Assembly: GCA_963815115.1 (NCBI GenBank)
Contig: CAWFFN010000012.1
Span: 672,001 to 736,000 of the forward strand
Length of the DNA stretch: 64,000 nucleotides
Direction: 5' to 3'
Origin: an uncultured delta proteobacterium
GTDB lineage: Bacteria > Desulfobacterota > Binatia > DP-6
The position numbers and the translations under genes were made by a program. How positions within the stretch are numbered: the stretch's first letter is position 1; each line of letters begins with the position of its first letter. Below the pieces are notes generated by a model, which did not search any database, was not told the origin of the DNA, and saw only the letters and a list, made by a program, of their open reading frames with translations. Positions 30,144 to 41,956 of this stretch are shown here, one piece after another.

Positions 30144-31753
30144 TCGCGCCCGCTCGCCGCTGGGAGGACCTGGTCGCCGGGTTCGAGTGGCGCGTCCCCG
30201 AGGAGTTCAACTTCGGCGCCTTGATCGACGCCTGGGCGACCGACCGGAGTCGCATCGCGCTCTACTGGGAGGACGAGGCGGGCCGCACCGCGCGCTCGAC
30301 CTTCTGGGATCTGCGACAGGCATCGAATCGCGCCATGAACGCGCTCGCGGCGCTCGGTGTCGGGCGCGGCGACGCGCTCCTCGTCATGCTGCCGCGGGTG
30401 CCGGCCTGGCACGTCGCGATGATCGCCGGGCTCAAGCTCGGAGCGCTCGTCATCCCCTGCACCGCGACGCTGCGGGCAAAGGACATCGCCTACCGGGTGC
30501 GGCACAGCGGAGCGCGCGCCGTCATCACCGCGCTCGAGCAGACGGCCGAGGTGGACCGGGCCGGCGCGGACGTGCCGGTGAAGGTCGCGCTGGGCGGCGG
30601 GCCCGCGGGATGGCACGACTGGGACGCTCTCCTCGCGCGCGCCGCGGCCACCGGCGTGCCCGCGCGCACGCGCAGCGACGAGCCGGCGCTTTGCTTCTAC
30701 ACCTCGGGGACGACCGGCAATCCGAAGGCGGTCCTGCACGCACACGCCTACACCTTCGCGCAGCGCTGGACCGGCGAGTACTGGCTCGATCTGCGCCGCA
30801 CCGACCTGCACTGGACGACCGCCGACACCGGCTGGGCCAAGGCCGCCTACGGCGTGCTCTTCGGCCCCTGGATGAACGGCGTGCCCACGCTCATGTACCA
30901 CGGGCGCTTCGATCCCGAGCGCCAGCTCGACCTGCTCGAGCGCTACGAGGTCTCGACCTTCTGCGCACCACCCACCGAGTACCGCCTGCTGGTGAAGCAG
31001 GACCTGTCGCGGCGGCGCCTGCCGCGGCTGCGCCACTGCACCGGCGCGGGCGAGCCGCTCAACCCCGAGGTGATCCATGCCTGGCACGACGCGCTGGGGC
31101 TGATGATCCACGACGGCTACGGGCAGACCGAGAGCATCATCCTCGCCGCCAACCTGCCGGCGCTGCCCATCCGGGTGGGCTCGATGGGCAAGCCGTTCCC
31201 GGGGCACGACCTCCGCGTGCTCGGGGACGACGGACAGGAGCTCCCGCCCGACGAGGTGGGCGATCTCGCGCTGCGCGGCCATCCGCCGTCGCTCTTCCGC
31301 GAGTACTGGAAGAGTCCCGTGGACACCGCCGCCGCGTGGCGCGGCGAATGGTACCTCACGGGAGACCGCGCCCGGCGTGACGAGGACGGCTACCTCTGGT
31401 TCGTCGGTCGCGCCGACGACGTCATCATCTCGGCCGGCTACCGCATCGGACCGTTCGAGGTGGAAAGCGCCCTGCTCGAGCATCCGGCGGTCGTCGAGTC
31501 CGCCGTCGTGGCCAGCCCCGACCCGGTGCGGGGCGAGATCGTGAAGGCGTTCGTGGTCCTGGGGCCCGGTCGGGTGGCGGGGGACGACCTGGTCCGGGAG
31601 CTCCAGGAGCACGTGAAGCGCGTCACGGCGCCCTACAAGTACCCGCGCGAGATCGAGTTCGTGGACGGCCTGCCGAAGACGGTGAGCGGCAAGATCCGGC
31701 GCGTCGAGCTGCGCGAGCGGGAGCGGCGCGCGAAGGCGACAATGCCGACGTGA
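30140..31753 (+). CDS. Acyl-CoA synthetase (AMP-forming, medium-chain type)
   Basis: YTSGTTGNPK, GYGQTE, TGD, GRADD, PKTVSGKIRR; GTGA overlap. Confidence 0.93.
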   Translation: MIAPARRWEDLVAGFEWRVPEEFNFGALIDAWATDRSRIALYWEDEAGRTARSTFWDLRQASNRAMNALAALGVGRGDALLVMLPRVPAWHVAMIAGLKLGALVIPCTATLRAKDIAYRVRHSGARAVITALEQTAEVDRAGADVPVKVALGGGPAGWHDWDALLARAAATGVPARTRSDEPALCFYTSGTTGNPKAVLHAHAYTFAQRWTGEYWLDLRRTDLHWTTADTGWAKAAYGVLFGPWMNGVPTLMYHGRFDPERQLDLLERYEVSTFCAPPTEYRLLVKQDLSRRRLPRLRHCTGAGEPLNPEVIHAWHDALGLMIHDGYGQTESIILAANLPALPIRVGSMGKPFPGHDLRVLGDDGQELPPDEVGDLALRGHPPSLFREYWKSPVDTAAAWRGEWYLTGDRARRDEDGYLWFVGRADDVIISAGYRIGPFEVESALLEHPAVVESAVVASPDPVRGEIVKAFVVLGPGRVAGDDLVRELQEHVKRVTAPYKYPREIEFVDGLPKTVSGKIRRVELRERERRAKATMPT

Positions 31754-31780
31754 GCGCGCGGCAGCGCTCGGGTGCGCGCA

Positions 31781-32542
31781 TCAGGCCGGCGAGATCTCCA
31801 GCAGCTTCCGCCGTCCGAGCCCTCGGATGCGGGGCGGCGCGACGCCCACCTCGTCGCGCCAGAAGCGCTCGTCGCGCAGCAGGTCGACCACCGCCTCGAG
31901 GTGCCCGTCCTGGGTGAAGAGAGCGCCGCCCGGACGGAGCCGCGGCACGAGGTGCAGCAGGCAGGTGCGGGTCGAGCTCACGAGGTCGACGTCGAGCAGG
32001 GCGACGTCGATCGGCGTGTCGAGCGCGGGCATCGTGTCGGCGAACCAGCCCTTGCGAAAGTCGCACACCTCGGGAGCGCCGAAGCGCGCCACCGTGCGCC
32101 GGACGGCGGGCAAGCGGCCGCGAAAGGCGCCGGCCCGGAACAGCACGCGCCGCCCCCAGAGGTTGCGATGCACCTCGTCGTTGGGGGGGATGCCGCGGAA
32201 CGAGTCGAAGACCAGGAGACGCCCGCCCGCGAGCCGCGTCACCAGGCTGAGCTTCGCGGTGCTCCCGCCCTTGCCGCTTCCCGCCTCGACCACGGTGAGA
32301 CCGGGACGGCCCGCGAGGCGCAGGATGCGGTCGGCGACGCGCAGCAGCTCGGCCTGCGTGTGATACGTGCGCACGTGGTTCGTCGTGGTGACGAACCGCG
32401 CCACCAGCGCGATCCGCGCGTGCACCGGCAGGGCGAGCGGATAGCTCGCTCCGAGAAACGCCAGCACGGCCCGGCGGTCGCGCCCGAGGAGGAAGCGAAC
32501 GGACTGGACGCGGCGATAGAGTGAGCCGGTGCCGCGCCGCAC
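31781..32542 (-). CDS. TylF/MycF/NovP family O-methyltransferase
   Basis: VEAGSGKGGS, FDSFRGIP, KGWFADTM, LDVDL; start uncertain. Confidence 0.8.
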   Translation of the reverse strand: MRRGTGSLYRRVQSVRFLLGRDRRAVLAFLGASYPLALPVHARIALVARFVTTTNHVRTYHTQAELLRVADRILRLAGRPGLTVVEAGSGKGGSTAKLSLVTRLAGGRLLVFDSFRGIPPNDEVHRNLWGRRVLFRAGAFRGRLPAVRRTVARFGAPEVCDFRKGWFADTMPALDTPIDVALLDVDLVSSTRTCLLHLVPRLRPGGALFTQDGHLEAVVDLLRDERFWRDEVGVAPPRIRGLGRRKLLEISPA

Positions 32543-32548
32543 CCGCGA

Positions 32549-33430
32549 CTACCGGTACTGCTGGAGCCGCGCGATGCGCTCCTCGAGAGGCGGGTGCGAG
32601 GCCATCAGCCGCATGAAGCGGCTCGGTCCTCCGGCGATCTTGAGCGTGGCCAGCGCTTCCTGCCGCGTGTCGACCAGTTCCGTGTTGCGCCGCAGGCGCT
32701 CGAGGGCCGCGATCATCTTGGGAGTGCCGGCCAGCGTCGCGCCGCCGCGGTCTGCCCGGAACTCGCGCCAGCGCGAGAAGCCGGCCACCACGACGGCGCC
32801 GAGGAGGCTGAGCACGATCTGGAGCACGATCACGACGAGGAAGTTGATCATGCCACGGCTCTCCTCGCGCACGCTCTGGCTGATCGCGAAGGCGATCACG
32901 CGCGCGAAGAACAGCACGAAGGCGTTCACCACACCCTGGAGCAGCGTCATGGTCACCATGTCACCGTTGGCCACGTGGGTGATCTCGTGGCCGAGCACGC
33001 CCTCCACCTCGTCGCGGTTCATGCGCCCGAGGAGGCCGCTCGAGACGGCGACCAGCGCACGCGACCTCGTCGGACCGGTGGCGAACGCGTTCACCTCTGG
33101 ACTGTCGTAGATGCCGACCTCGGGCATCGCCGGCAGGCGCGCGCCGCGGGCGAGGCCGTGCACGATGTCGACCAGCGTGCGCTGCGTCGGATCACTCGTG
33201 CTCGGGTCGATGACCTGCACGCCCATCATCCGCTTGGCCACCACGCGGGAGAGCGCGAGCGAGATGAGGGACCCCGCCATGCCCCAGACGAAGCAGAAGA
33301 GCATGAGGCCGCCCATGCCCGAGCCCCCGAGACCCCGGCCAAGCCCCAGCACCTGTGCCAGGATCGTGACCGTGAGCATCACCAGGATGTTGGTGATCAG
33401 GAAGAGGACGATGCGCTTCGCCCAGACCAT
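32549..33430 (-). CDS. htpX: Membrane zinc protease HtpX
   Basis: NAFATG, GHEITHVANGDMVT, FSRWREFRAD, SHPPLEERI; GGAGG RBS. Confidence 0.95.
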   Translation of the reverse strand: MVWAKRIVLFLITNILVMLTVTILAQVLGLGRGLGGSGMGGLMLFCFVWGMAGSLISLALSRVVAKRMMGVQVIDPSTSDPTQRTLVDIVHGLARGARLPAMPEVGIYDSPEVNAFATGPTRSRALVAVSSGLLGRMNRDEVEGVLGHEITHVANGDMVTMTLLQGVVNAFVLFFARVIAFAISQSVREESRGMINFLVVIVLQIVLSLLGAVVVAGFSRWREFRADRGGATLAGTPKMIAALERLRRNTELVDTRQEALATLKIAGGPSRFMRLMASHPPLEERIARLQQYR

Positions 33431-33551
33431 GGATACCTCCGTGTCCGCTAAGATACGCCGGACCCTCCCGCAGGCAAGGGCGCCGGTCCGTGGCGAGCGC
33501 CGAGCCTCCCGCGGTGTGAGTCCGCGATTCGCCTGCGCCGCTACAGACGAG

Positions 33552-33589
33552 CGTCGGCCCGGCCGCACGATCCTGCGACCGGGCCGACG
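33552..33589 (-). terminator. Strong hairpin downstream of the small minus-strand gene (no U-tract)
   Basis: CGTCGGCCCGG ... CCGGGCCGACG 11-bp stem with inner CGCA/TGCG pairing. Confidence 0.4.
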
Positions 33590-33616
33590 GCGACCGACTG
33601 CCGCGTCACGCGGCGG

Positions 33617-33841
33617 TCACGCAGCGTGGGGCAGATGCCTTGCGGGCTGGGCGGGTACCGGGCGTCCGGGGTTCGCGGCGCGCGACTGTCGCCGCAGCGC
33701 GATCGAGTACTCTCCGGCGAGCAGCCCGATCAGCACCGCCAGCGCAGCCAGGGCGGCGACGAGGGCCAGCGGTGCCAGGGGACCGAACAGCTCGCCTGCC
33801 GTGAGCGCGGGAGCCACCTGGGGAAAGCCGATGGGTATCAT
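33617..33841 (-). CDS. Small single-TM protein (74 aa) under a sigma54 promoter
   Basis: AGGAGG RBS before ATG; MIPIGFPQVAPAL...LALVAALAALAVLIGLLA...HLPHAA. Confidence 0.7.
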   Translation of the reverse strand: MIPIGFPQVAPALTAGELFGPLAPLALVAALAALAVLIGLLAGEYSIALRRQSRAANPGRPVPAQPARHLPHAA

Positions 33842-33870
33842 CGTCTTCGAACCTCCTGCCGGGGCACTTC

Positions 33871-33885
33871 GCATGGATCGTGCCA
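33871..33885 (-). promoter_or_regulatory. Sigma54 promoter of the small protein
   Basis: Minus strand TGGCAC-GATCC-ATGC, 29 nt upstream of the ATG. Confidence 0.7.
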
Positions 33886-33987
33886 CGCTGCGGCGATTCA
33901 CCGCCGGCCGGAAACCGCCGTACAGCCGGGACATTCCCGGCGGCCCGTCCTCGCTGGGTGCATGGTGAAGGCGACGGTAGGCAGCCC

Positions 33988-34032
33988 GGGTGCAGCAGAG
34001 ATGTGGCACCCCGCTGTCCGGAGAATAGGACA
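33988..34032. promoter_or_regulatory. Tandem palindromes, candidate enhancer (UAS) sites
   Basis: GGGTGC-N12-GCACCC (33988-34011) and TGTCC-N8-GGACA (34015-34032) between two divergent sigma54 promoters. Confidence 0.5.
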
Positions 34033-34072
34033 CCGGAACCTTCTTTTCCGCTTGCAGCCTGGAAAGGGTTCA

Positions 34073-34087
34073 TGGCACCGCGTTTGC
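34073..34087 (+). promoter_or_regulatory. Sigma54 promoter of the kinase/regulator operon
   Basis: TGGCAC-CGCGT-TTGC, exact consensus. Confidence 0.75.
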
Positions 34088-34138
34088 GGGTCCGGGAACC
34101 ATGGTTGGCGGTCGCCCGAGCGTCCGTACGGAGGGGTC

Positions 34139-37061
34139 GTGACGACGTCCGCGCTCGTGGCAGCAGCACTTCACGCCCTGCCGGCGGTGGTGTGGACCAC
34201 GAGCGAGCTGGTCGACGCGTTCCTGGTGCTGCTTCCCGCCGCGGCCCAGGCGGCCATCGCCTGGCAGCAGGGCGGCACGCTGCGCAGCGCGTTTCCCGAC
34301 CGTCGGGTCGCGCGCCGGCTTCCGCATCCCGGCCTCCTGATGGCGCTCTCCTACGGGCTCGGCGCGGTGGCGCATCACCTGGTGCCCCCGGCCGCCGGCG
34401 AGCCGCCGTCTGCCGGCCGGATCGTCACCTATGTCTCGATCGACGTGCTCGTGATCCTCGGGCTCGCCGGCTACGTCCACCTCGCGCGCGAGGAGGCCCA
34501 CCCCGACGCGCCGCCGCCTCGCCACTGGCTGGTGGCGCACTACGGCATCGCCGCCGCTCTCTGCCTGCTCGCGGCCACCTTCCCGGCCGTGATCCCGCTG
34601 CCGACGGTCGCGCAACAGCTGCGCGTCTACGAGGCCGCCTTCCTGGCCTACTACCTGACGACGACGGGTCGGATCCTCGGCTTCCTCGTCGGCCCGTCGG
34701 GTGCCCGACCCGGCGTCGCGCTCTTCGCCTGCGGGATGGTGCTGGCAGCGGGCGGCTGGATCCTGCTCGAGATCGCCCGCGCGCCGGTGCTCGTCGCACC
34801 ACTCGTGGCCGCGATCGGGCTCGCCTTCGCGGTGCCGTTCGCCGCCGGCCGCCTGCAGTCGGCCGTGCGCGCGATGGTCGGCGTGGTTGCGGCGGTGGTT
34901 GCCTGGCGCGTCGCGAGCGCCGGAGTGGAGGCGCTCGGTGCGCTCGCGGCGGCCGGCGGCCGTCTGGCCGGGCCGCCACCACTGGCCATCGCCGCGGCCG
35001 CCGTATCGGGCGTGCAGGGTCTGGTGTGGGGCATCTGCGCCCGCCGTGGGTTCCGGACCCGGCAGCGGGCCGGAGCGAACGCCCCGCTGGCTGGCGTCCT
35101 CGCCATGTTGATGGTCTGCATGACCGGATTCAGCGTATTGAACGCGACCTGCTGGCTGTTCGCGCTGCCGGCGTTGCCGGCGCCGCCCTGGCTCGCCGCA
35201 CTCTACTTCCTGCACGACTGGACCCTGGTCGCTGCGGCCGCGCTGGCGATCCATCTGGCGCTCCTGCTGCCGGGCGATGCTGCGACACCCACGTCCCGCC
35301 AGGTCGCGCTCGACTACGGCGTGGCCGGGATCGTCGGTCTTGCCGGCGTGTTCCTCTTCGACTTCTTCCCGTCGGTGAGCCTCGAGCAGCGCGTCCGGGC
35401 GTACGTCGCGTTGCAGGACCTCTACGTGATCGTCGCCGTGACGTTCGTGGTGTCGCGCATGGTGCGCCTGGTGCGACCGGGGAGGGGATGGCGCCCGAAT
35501 CAGGATCTGCTCGGTGGGGGCGTGAGCTGGCCCGACGTCCTCGTCTTCGGGCTCGTGATCGCCGGGGTCGGCGGCTGGATGCTGAGCCTTGCCGCCCAGC
35601 CTCCGGGATGGCAGCCGACACCGCTCAAGCTCGCGCTGACCGCCGTCACGGGCACCGCGGCGCTCTTCCCCGTCGCGTTGCGCTCGCTCGGCGAGGTGGC
35701 CCGGGTGATGCTCGGCACGCTCGTCGCACTCGCGCTCGCGATCTTGAGCTGGGTGGCGATCGAGGCGGTGATGACGCCCGTCGCCGGCGTCGGTCTCGAT
35801 CGATTCGCCGTGCCGCTGGCCGCGGCGGTTCTCGCCCTGGTGTTCGTGCCCCTCCAGGCGTGGTCGCGGGGCGTGCTCGAGCGTGCGGTCTTTCGACGCA
35901 GCCAGCGGCGAGGCGAGCGACTCCAGGCCTTCCTGCACGAGCTGCCGCCCGAGCTGGGCATCCTCGAGTGCAGCCGTCGAGCAGTGGAAGCGCTGGTCGA
36001 CGTGCTGCGCTGTCCAGGGGCCGGCGTGCTCCTCGACGGTGGCGAGTCCGTGAGCTGCGGCACCCTCACCGCCAGCGCCCTCCAGCGCGGCTGGCCGCCG
36101 GGCTCGCGGGCCGATGCGCACGTCTCGCGTCCGCTCCTCGGCTACGAGCTGGCGACCCTGCCGCTCCCGCTGCGCGAGACCCTGCCCGAGGCCGGCGTGG
36201 TGGCGGTGCTGCCGCTGCGCAGCCCGCGCCGCGACTGGGGACATCTCGTCCTGGCGGCCGGTCTCCTCGCCACGGCGTTCGCTGACGAGGATCTCCAGGT
36301 GGCCGAGGCGTTCGCGGATCAGCTCGCGCTGATCCTCGACACCACGGAGCTGCTCGAGCGCGCGGTCTCGGTCGAGCGCTCGCTGGCGCACGCCGAGAAA
36401 CTCGCGGCGGTCGGCGAGACCGCGGCGCGCATCGCGCACGACATCCGCAACCCCGTCACCGCCGCGCGCAGCCTGGCACAGCAGCTCGCGAGGGCGCCGC
36501 TCGAGGCCGACGGCGAAGTCGCGCGCGTCATCGTCCAGGAGCTCGATCGGATCGAGCACCACGTCTCCGCGCTGCTCCGCTTCGCCCGGCGCGAGGAGTT
36601 CCGGTTCGAGGCCGTGGACCTCGGCGCGCTCGTACGGGGCGCGCTCGAGCCGTTCCTCCCCAGGCTGCGGGCGGCGGAGATCGACCTCGAGCTGGACGCG
36701 CCCGGGGGAATCGTGGCACGAGCCGATGCCGAGCGAATGCGCCAGGTGCTGGCGAACCTGATCGAGAATGCGCTGGGGGCGCTGCAGGACGCGTCACTCC
36801 CGCGCCGGCTGGTCGTGGCGGTGACCGGCGACGACGGCGTCGCCAGGGTGCGCGTCGCGCGACACCGGTCCCGGCGTGCCTGCCGACGCGCTTCCCCGCC
36901 TGTTCGAGCCCTTCTTCTCGCTCAAGCCGGCCGGCACCGGGCTGGGGCTCGCGATCGCGAAGCGCGCCATCGACGCCCACGGCGGTCGCATCACCGCCGA
37001 AGCTCCCGCCCACGGCGGCCTGCGCATCGATCTCGAGGTGCCGCTCGCGAGGACGTCATGA
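34139..37061 (+). CDS. Multi-TM sensor histidine kinase with duplicated membrane domain and GAF-like region; frameshift near 36860
   Basis: H-box IAHDIRNP, N-box NLIENA; DTGPG, FEPFF and GTGLGL in the next frame; GGAGGGG RBS before GTG. Confidence 0.88.
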
Positions 37062-38461
37062 GACCGGCGATTCTCGTCGTGGACGACGAGCGCGCCATCG
37101 GCATCGCGATCCAGCGCCTGCTCGTGGGCCGCGGCTACGAGGTGGAGACCGCGCTCTCCGGCGAGGAAGCGCTCGAGAAGATGACGCGCCGGGCCTACCA
37201 GCTCGTGATCACCGATCTCGACCTGAAGGGGATCACGGGCATGGAGGTGCTGCGGGCGGCGAGGGAGTGCAGCCCGGACAGCGCGGTGATCATGATCACG
37301 GCCTACGGCTCGGAGAAGATCGCGGTCGACGCGATGAAGGCCGGCGCCGCCGACTACCTCCCCAAGCCGTTCGACAACGACGAGCTCGAGCTGGTGGTCG
37401 AGCGGGTCCTGGAAGGCGTGACGCTGCGCCGGGATGTGAAGCTGCTCCGCCAGCAGGTGGCCGAGAGCCGCGGCCTCGAACGTCTCATCGGCAAGAGTAG
37501 TGCCATGGGGCGGGTGTTCGACGTGATCCGCAAGGTTGCCGACACCGATCTGACCGTTCTCATCCGTGGTCCCAGTGGCACCGGCAAGGAGCTCGTGGCC
37601 GACGCCCTCCACCATCGCAGCCCGCGCCGCGATCGCCCGCTGGTCAAGGTCAACTGCGCCGCGTTCTCACGCGAGCTGGTCGAGAGCGAGCTGTTCGGCC
37701 ACGAGAAGGGGGCCTTCACGGGGGCCACGGCCACGCGCGAGGGCAAGTTCGAGACCGCCGACGGCGGCACCCTGCTGCTCGACGAGATCGGGGACATGGG
37801 CCTCGAGACTCAGGCGAAGATACTGCGTGTCCTTCAGGAGCGGGAGCTCGAGCGGGTTGGCGGCAACCGGACCATCAAGGTCGACGTCCGCATCCTGGCA
37901 GCGACCAACCAGGACCTGGAGGCGAAGGTGCGGGACGGGACCTTTCGCCAGGACCTCTACTACCGGCTGAACGTGGTTCCGGTGACGCTGCCGGCGCTCC
38001 GCGAGCGTCTCGAGGACCTGCCTCCCCTCATCGAGACCTTCCTCGCTGCCGCGGCCAGCCGCCTGCGGCGACCCCCCCGCCCGCTCGCGCCGGCCGCCTA
38101 CCGGGCCCTCCTGGCGCACGATTGGCCGGGCAACGTACGCGAGCTGGAGCACGCCCTGGAGCAGGCCGTGGCCCTGGCGTCCGGCGAGGAGATCCGGCTC
38201 GACGACCTCCCGGCGGCCGTGCGCGGTGGATCCGATCCGGAGGCCGGGCTCGACCAGGGACCGCCCGGCAGCTTCAAGGATGCCAAGCAGCGCGTCGTCG
38301 AGCGTTTCGAGCGCCAGTTCATCGCGGCTGCCCTGGGCCGCCACCAGGGGAACATCTCGAAGGCTGCCGAGGATATGGGCATGTACCGCCAGCACCTCCA
38401 GCTGAAGCTCGCCGAGTACGGCATCGACGCCGATCAGTTCCGGCAGCGCGGGGAGCGCTAG
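37058..38461 (+). CDS. Sigma54-dependent response regulator (NtrC family enhancer-binding protein)
   Basis: REC (ILVVDDE), GPSGTGKE, GAFTGA, LDEIGD, WPGNVREL, C-terminal HTH; ATGA overlap with kinase. Confidence 0.95.
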   Translation: MRPAILVVDDERAIGIAIQRLLVGRGYEVETALSGEEALEKMTRRAYQLVITDLDLKGITGMEVLRAARECSPDSAVIMITAYGSEKIAVDAMKAGAADYLPKPFDNDELELVVERVLEGVTLRRDVKLLRQQVAESRGLERLIGKSSAMGRVFDVIRKVADTDLTVLIRGPSGTGKELVADALHHRSPRRDRPLVKVNCAAFSRELVESELFGHEKGAFTGATATREGKFETADGGTLLLDEIGDMGLETQAKILRVLQERELERVGGNRTIKVDVRILAATNQDLEAKVRDGTFRQDLYYRLNVVPVTLPALRERLEDLPPLIETFLAAAASRLRRPPRPLAPAAYRALLAHDWPGNVRELEHALEQAVALASGEEIRLDDLPAAVRGGSDPEAGLDQGPPGSFKDAKQRVVERFERQFIAAALGRHQGNISKAAEDMGMYRQHLQLKLAEYGIDADQFRQRGER

Positions 38462-38505
38462 CGGCACCTGGGCTGGCACCTGCCCAGGATCAGGCCACTT
38501 TGTAC

Positions 38506-38534
38506 TTGACTGACCCGAGCGGTGAAAGTACGTT
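38506..38534 (+). promoter_or_regulatory. Sigma70-type promoter upstream of the RpoD-like gene
   Basis: TTGACT-N17-TACGTT. Confidence 0.55.
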
Positions 38535-38684
38535 CATCTGTCTGTGACGCGGTCTGGCCCGTCCGGATCGCTCTCTCTAACTATCCCCATCTGTGCGGAC
38601 CCTCCGCCATCCCTCTCGGCCGGTGCTGACACCGACCAGCGCCACCCGGCGGGCGGCTGCCTGGCCCTCGCCCGCGTGAAGCGC

Positions 38685-40480
<1,796 letters not shown>

Positions 40481-40538
40481 GAGGCGGGACGGAGTCGATC
40501 ACGGGCCGGTCCGGGCCCCGGCCGGCCGGAGGGAGTGG

Positions 40539-40694
40539 ATGCTCGAGAACCTGGAGAAGGAGTTGCGGAAGTGGCGCGAGGACCGCGCCGCCAAGCCGCA
40601 GCGCGAGGCGCCTTCCGACCGGCGCACCGTCAAGGTGAACGGTCAGGAAGTCGTCGTCGTCCGGAAGAAGCCGAAGCCGCGCACCGGCGAGTAG
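40539..40694 (+). CDS. Small basic hypothetical protein (51 aa)
   Basis: GGAGGGAG RBS; MLENLEKELRKWREDRAAK...RTVKVNGQEVVVVRKKPK. Confidence 0.6.
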   Translation: MLENLEKELRKWREDRAAKPQREAPSDRRTVKVNGQEVVVVRKKPKPRTGE

Positions 40695-40771
40695 GCGCGG
40701 CGTGCGGTCCGCGGTTTCCCGCGGGCCGGCCGCGATCTCGACGGCGCGAGTCACGGGGTCTGGCCCGCGGG

Positions 40772-41956
40772 TCAGGCGCGGCCCGCCTCGCGCACCGGCT
40801 GCCCGTCCTCGAGTGGCGGCGGGTCGCCGATCACCACGCGCTCGCCCTCGGCGAGCCCTGCGGTGATCTGGACCTGATCGGCGAACGTCGGTCCGGTGGT
40901 GATCGCCGTGCGCTGCACGCGGCCGTCGCGGATCACCCAGGCGTACGGGCCCTGCGGGCTCGCGCGCACGGCGCTGCGCGGCACCAGGACCCCGGGCGTG
41001 CCCGGCGCTCCCGCGACCGGCTCCAGGAAGGTGATGCGCGCGCTCATGTCGGGCCACAGCTGCTCGTCCGGGTGCTCGATCTGGACCTCGACCCGGAGCG
41101 TCCCCTTCTGGCGGTCGACCTGCGGGTAGAGCTTCACCACGTGGGCGGCGTAGCGGCGATCGGGATAGGCGTCGGGAACGACGTCCGCCCGCTGCCCGAT
41201 GCGGATCTTCGCCAGCTCCGCCTCCGTGACGTCGACCTGGCCGCGCAGGTCGTCCAGATTGGCCATGCGGATCAGGTCGCCGGAGCCGGAGAACCCGCCG
41301 GGGGTCGCGATCTCACCGACCTCCTTGTACTTCGAGAGGATGACGCCGCTGCGCGGCGCGCGTAGCGTGGTGTACTCGAGCGCGACGCGCGCCTGCACGA
41401 GCTCCGCCTCCGCGGTGCCGACCCGCGCCGCCGCCGTGTCGGCCTCGGCGCGCCGGATGTCCACCTCCTCCCGGGAGATCACGCCGGGACGCAGGCCCTC
41501 GGCGCGCGCGCGCTTCTGCTTCGCGAGGTTGGCCTCGGCCTGCGCCAGCCTCACGTTGGCCATGGCGCGCGCGACCGCGGCGCGGTACTCCCGGTCGTCG
41601 ATCTGGACCAGCGGATCGCCCTGTTTCACGTGATCGCCTTCCTCGACCAGGTAGCGATCGATCCGGCCGCCGACGCGTACGCCGATCGAGATGTAGCGGT
41701 CGGCGCTGACGACGTAGCCGGCGCCCGAGAGGACCGGCACGCCGTCGGCCGATCCACCCGTTGCCACGGTGACGGGGGCCGCCTCGACGGTGGGCACGCG
41801 CCCGGCGGCGATGCGCCGGCCGGCGAGCACGCCCGCCACGAGGAGAACGGCTGCCACGACGCTCCAGCGCACCCAGCGCCGGGAACGCGCGGGCGCTCCC
41901 TCGCGCTGGATGCGCAGGGCGCTCAGGTGCTCGCGGATCTCCGGAGTGCTGGCCAT
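40772..41956 (-). CDS. Periplasmic adaptor (MFP) of a MacAB-like exporter
   Basis: N-terminal TM, VEEGDHVKQGD, LRAPRSG, GLAEGERVV. Confidence 0.9.
   Translation of the reverse strand: MASTPEIREHLSALRIQREGAPARSRRWVRWSVVAAVLLVAGVLAGRRIAAGRVPTVEAAPVTVATGGSADGVPVLSGAGYVVSADRYISIGVRVGGRIDRYLVEEGDHVKQGDPLVQIDDREYRAAVARAMANVRLAQAEANLAKQKRARAEGLRPGVISREEVDIRRAEADTAAARVGTAEAELVQARVALEYTTLRAPRSGVILSKYKEVGEIATPGGFSGSGDLIRMANLDDLRGQVDVTEAELAKIRIGQRADVVPDAYPDRRYAAHVVKLYPQVDRQKGTLRVEVQIEHPDEQLWPDMSARITFLEPVAGAPGTPGVLVPRSAVRASPQGPYAWVIRDGRVQRTAITTGPTFADQVQITAGLAEGERVVIGDPPPLEDGQPVREAGRA

Noticed and set aside
33626-38461. 1611-aa apparent hybrid kinase-receiver-sigma54 activator
   Set aside because: The kinase G1/F/G2 boxes lie in another frame (about 36860-37061), so the fusion results from a single-base insertion; the regulator has its own ATG at 37058
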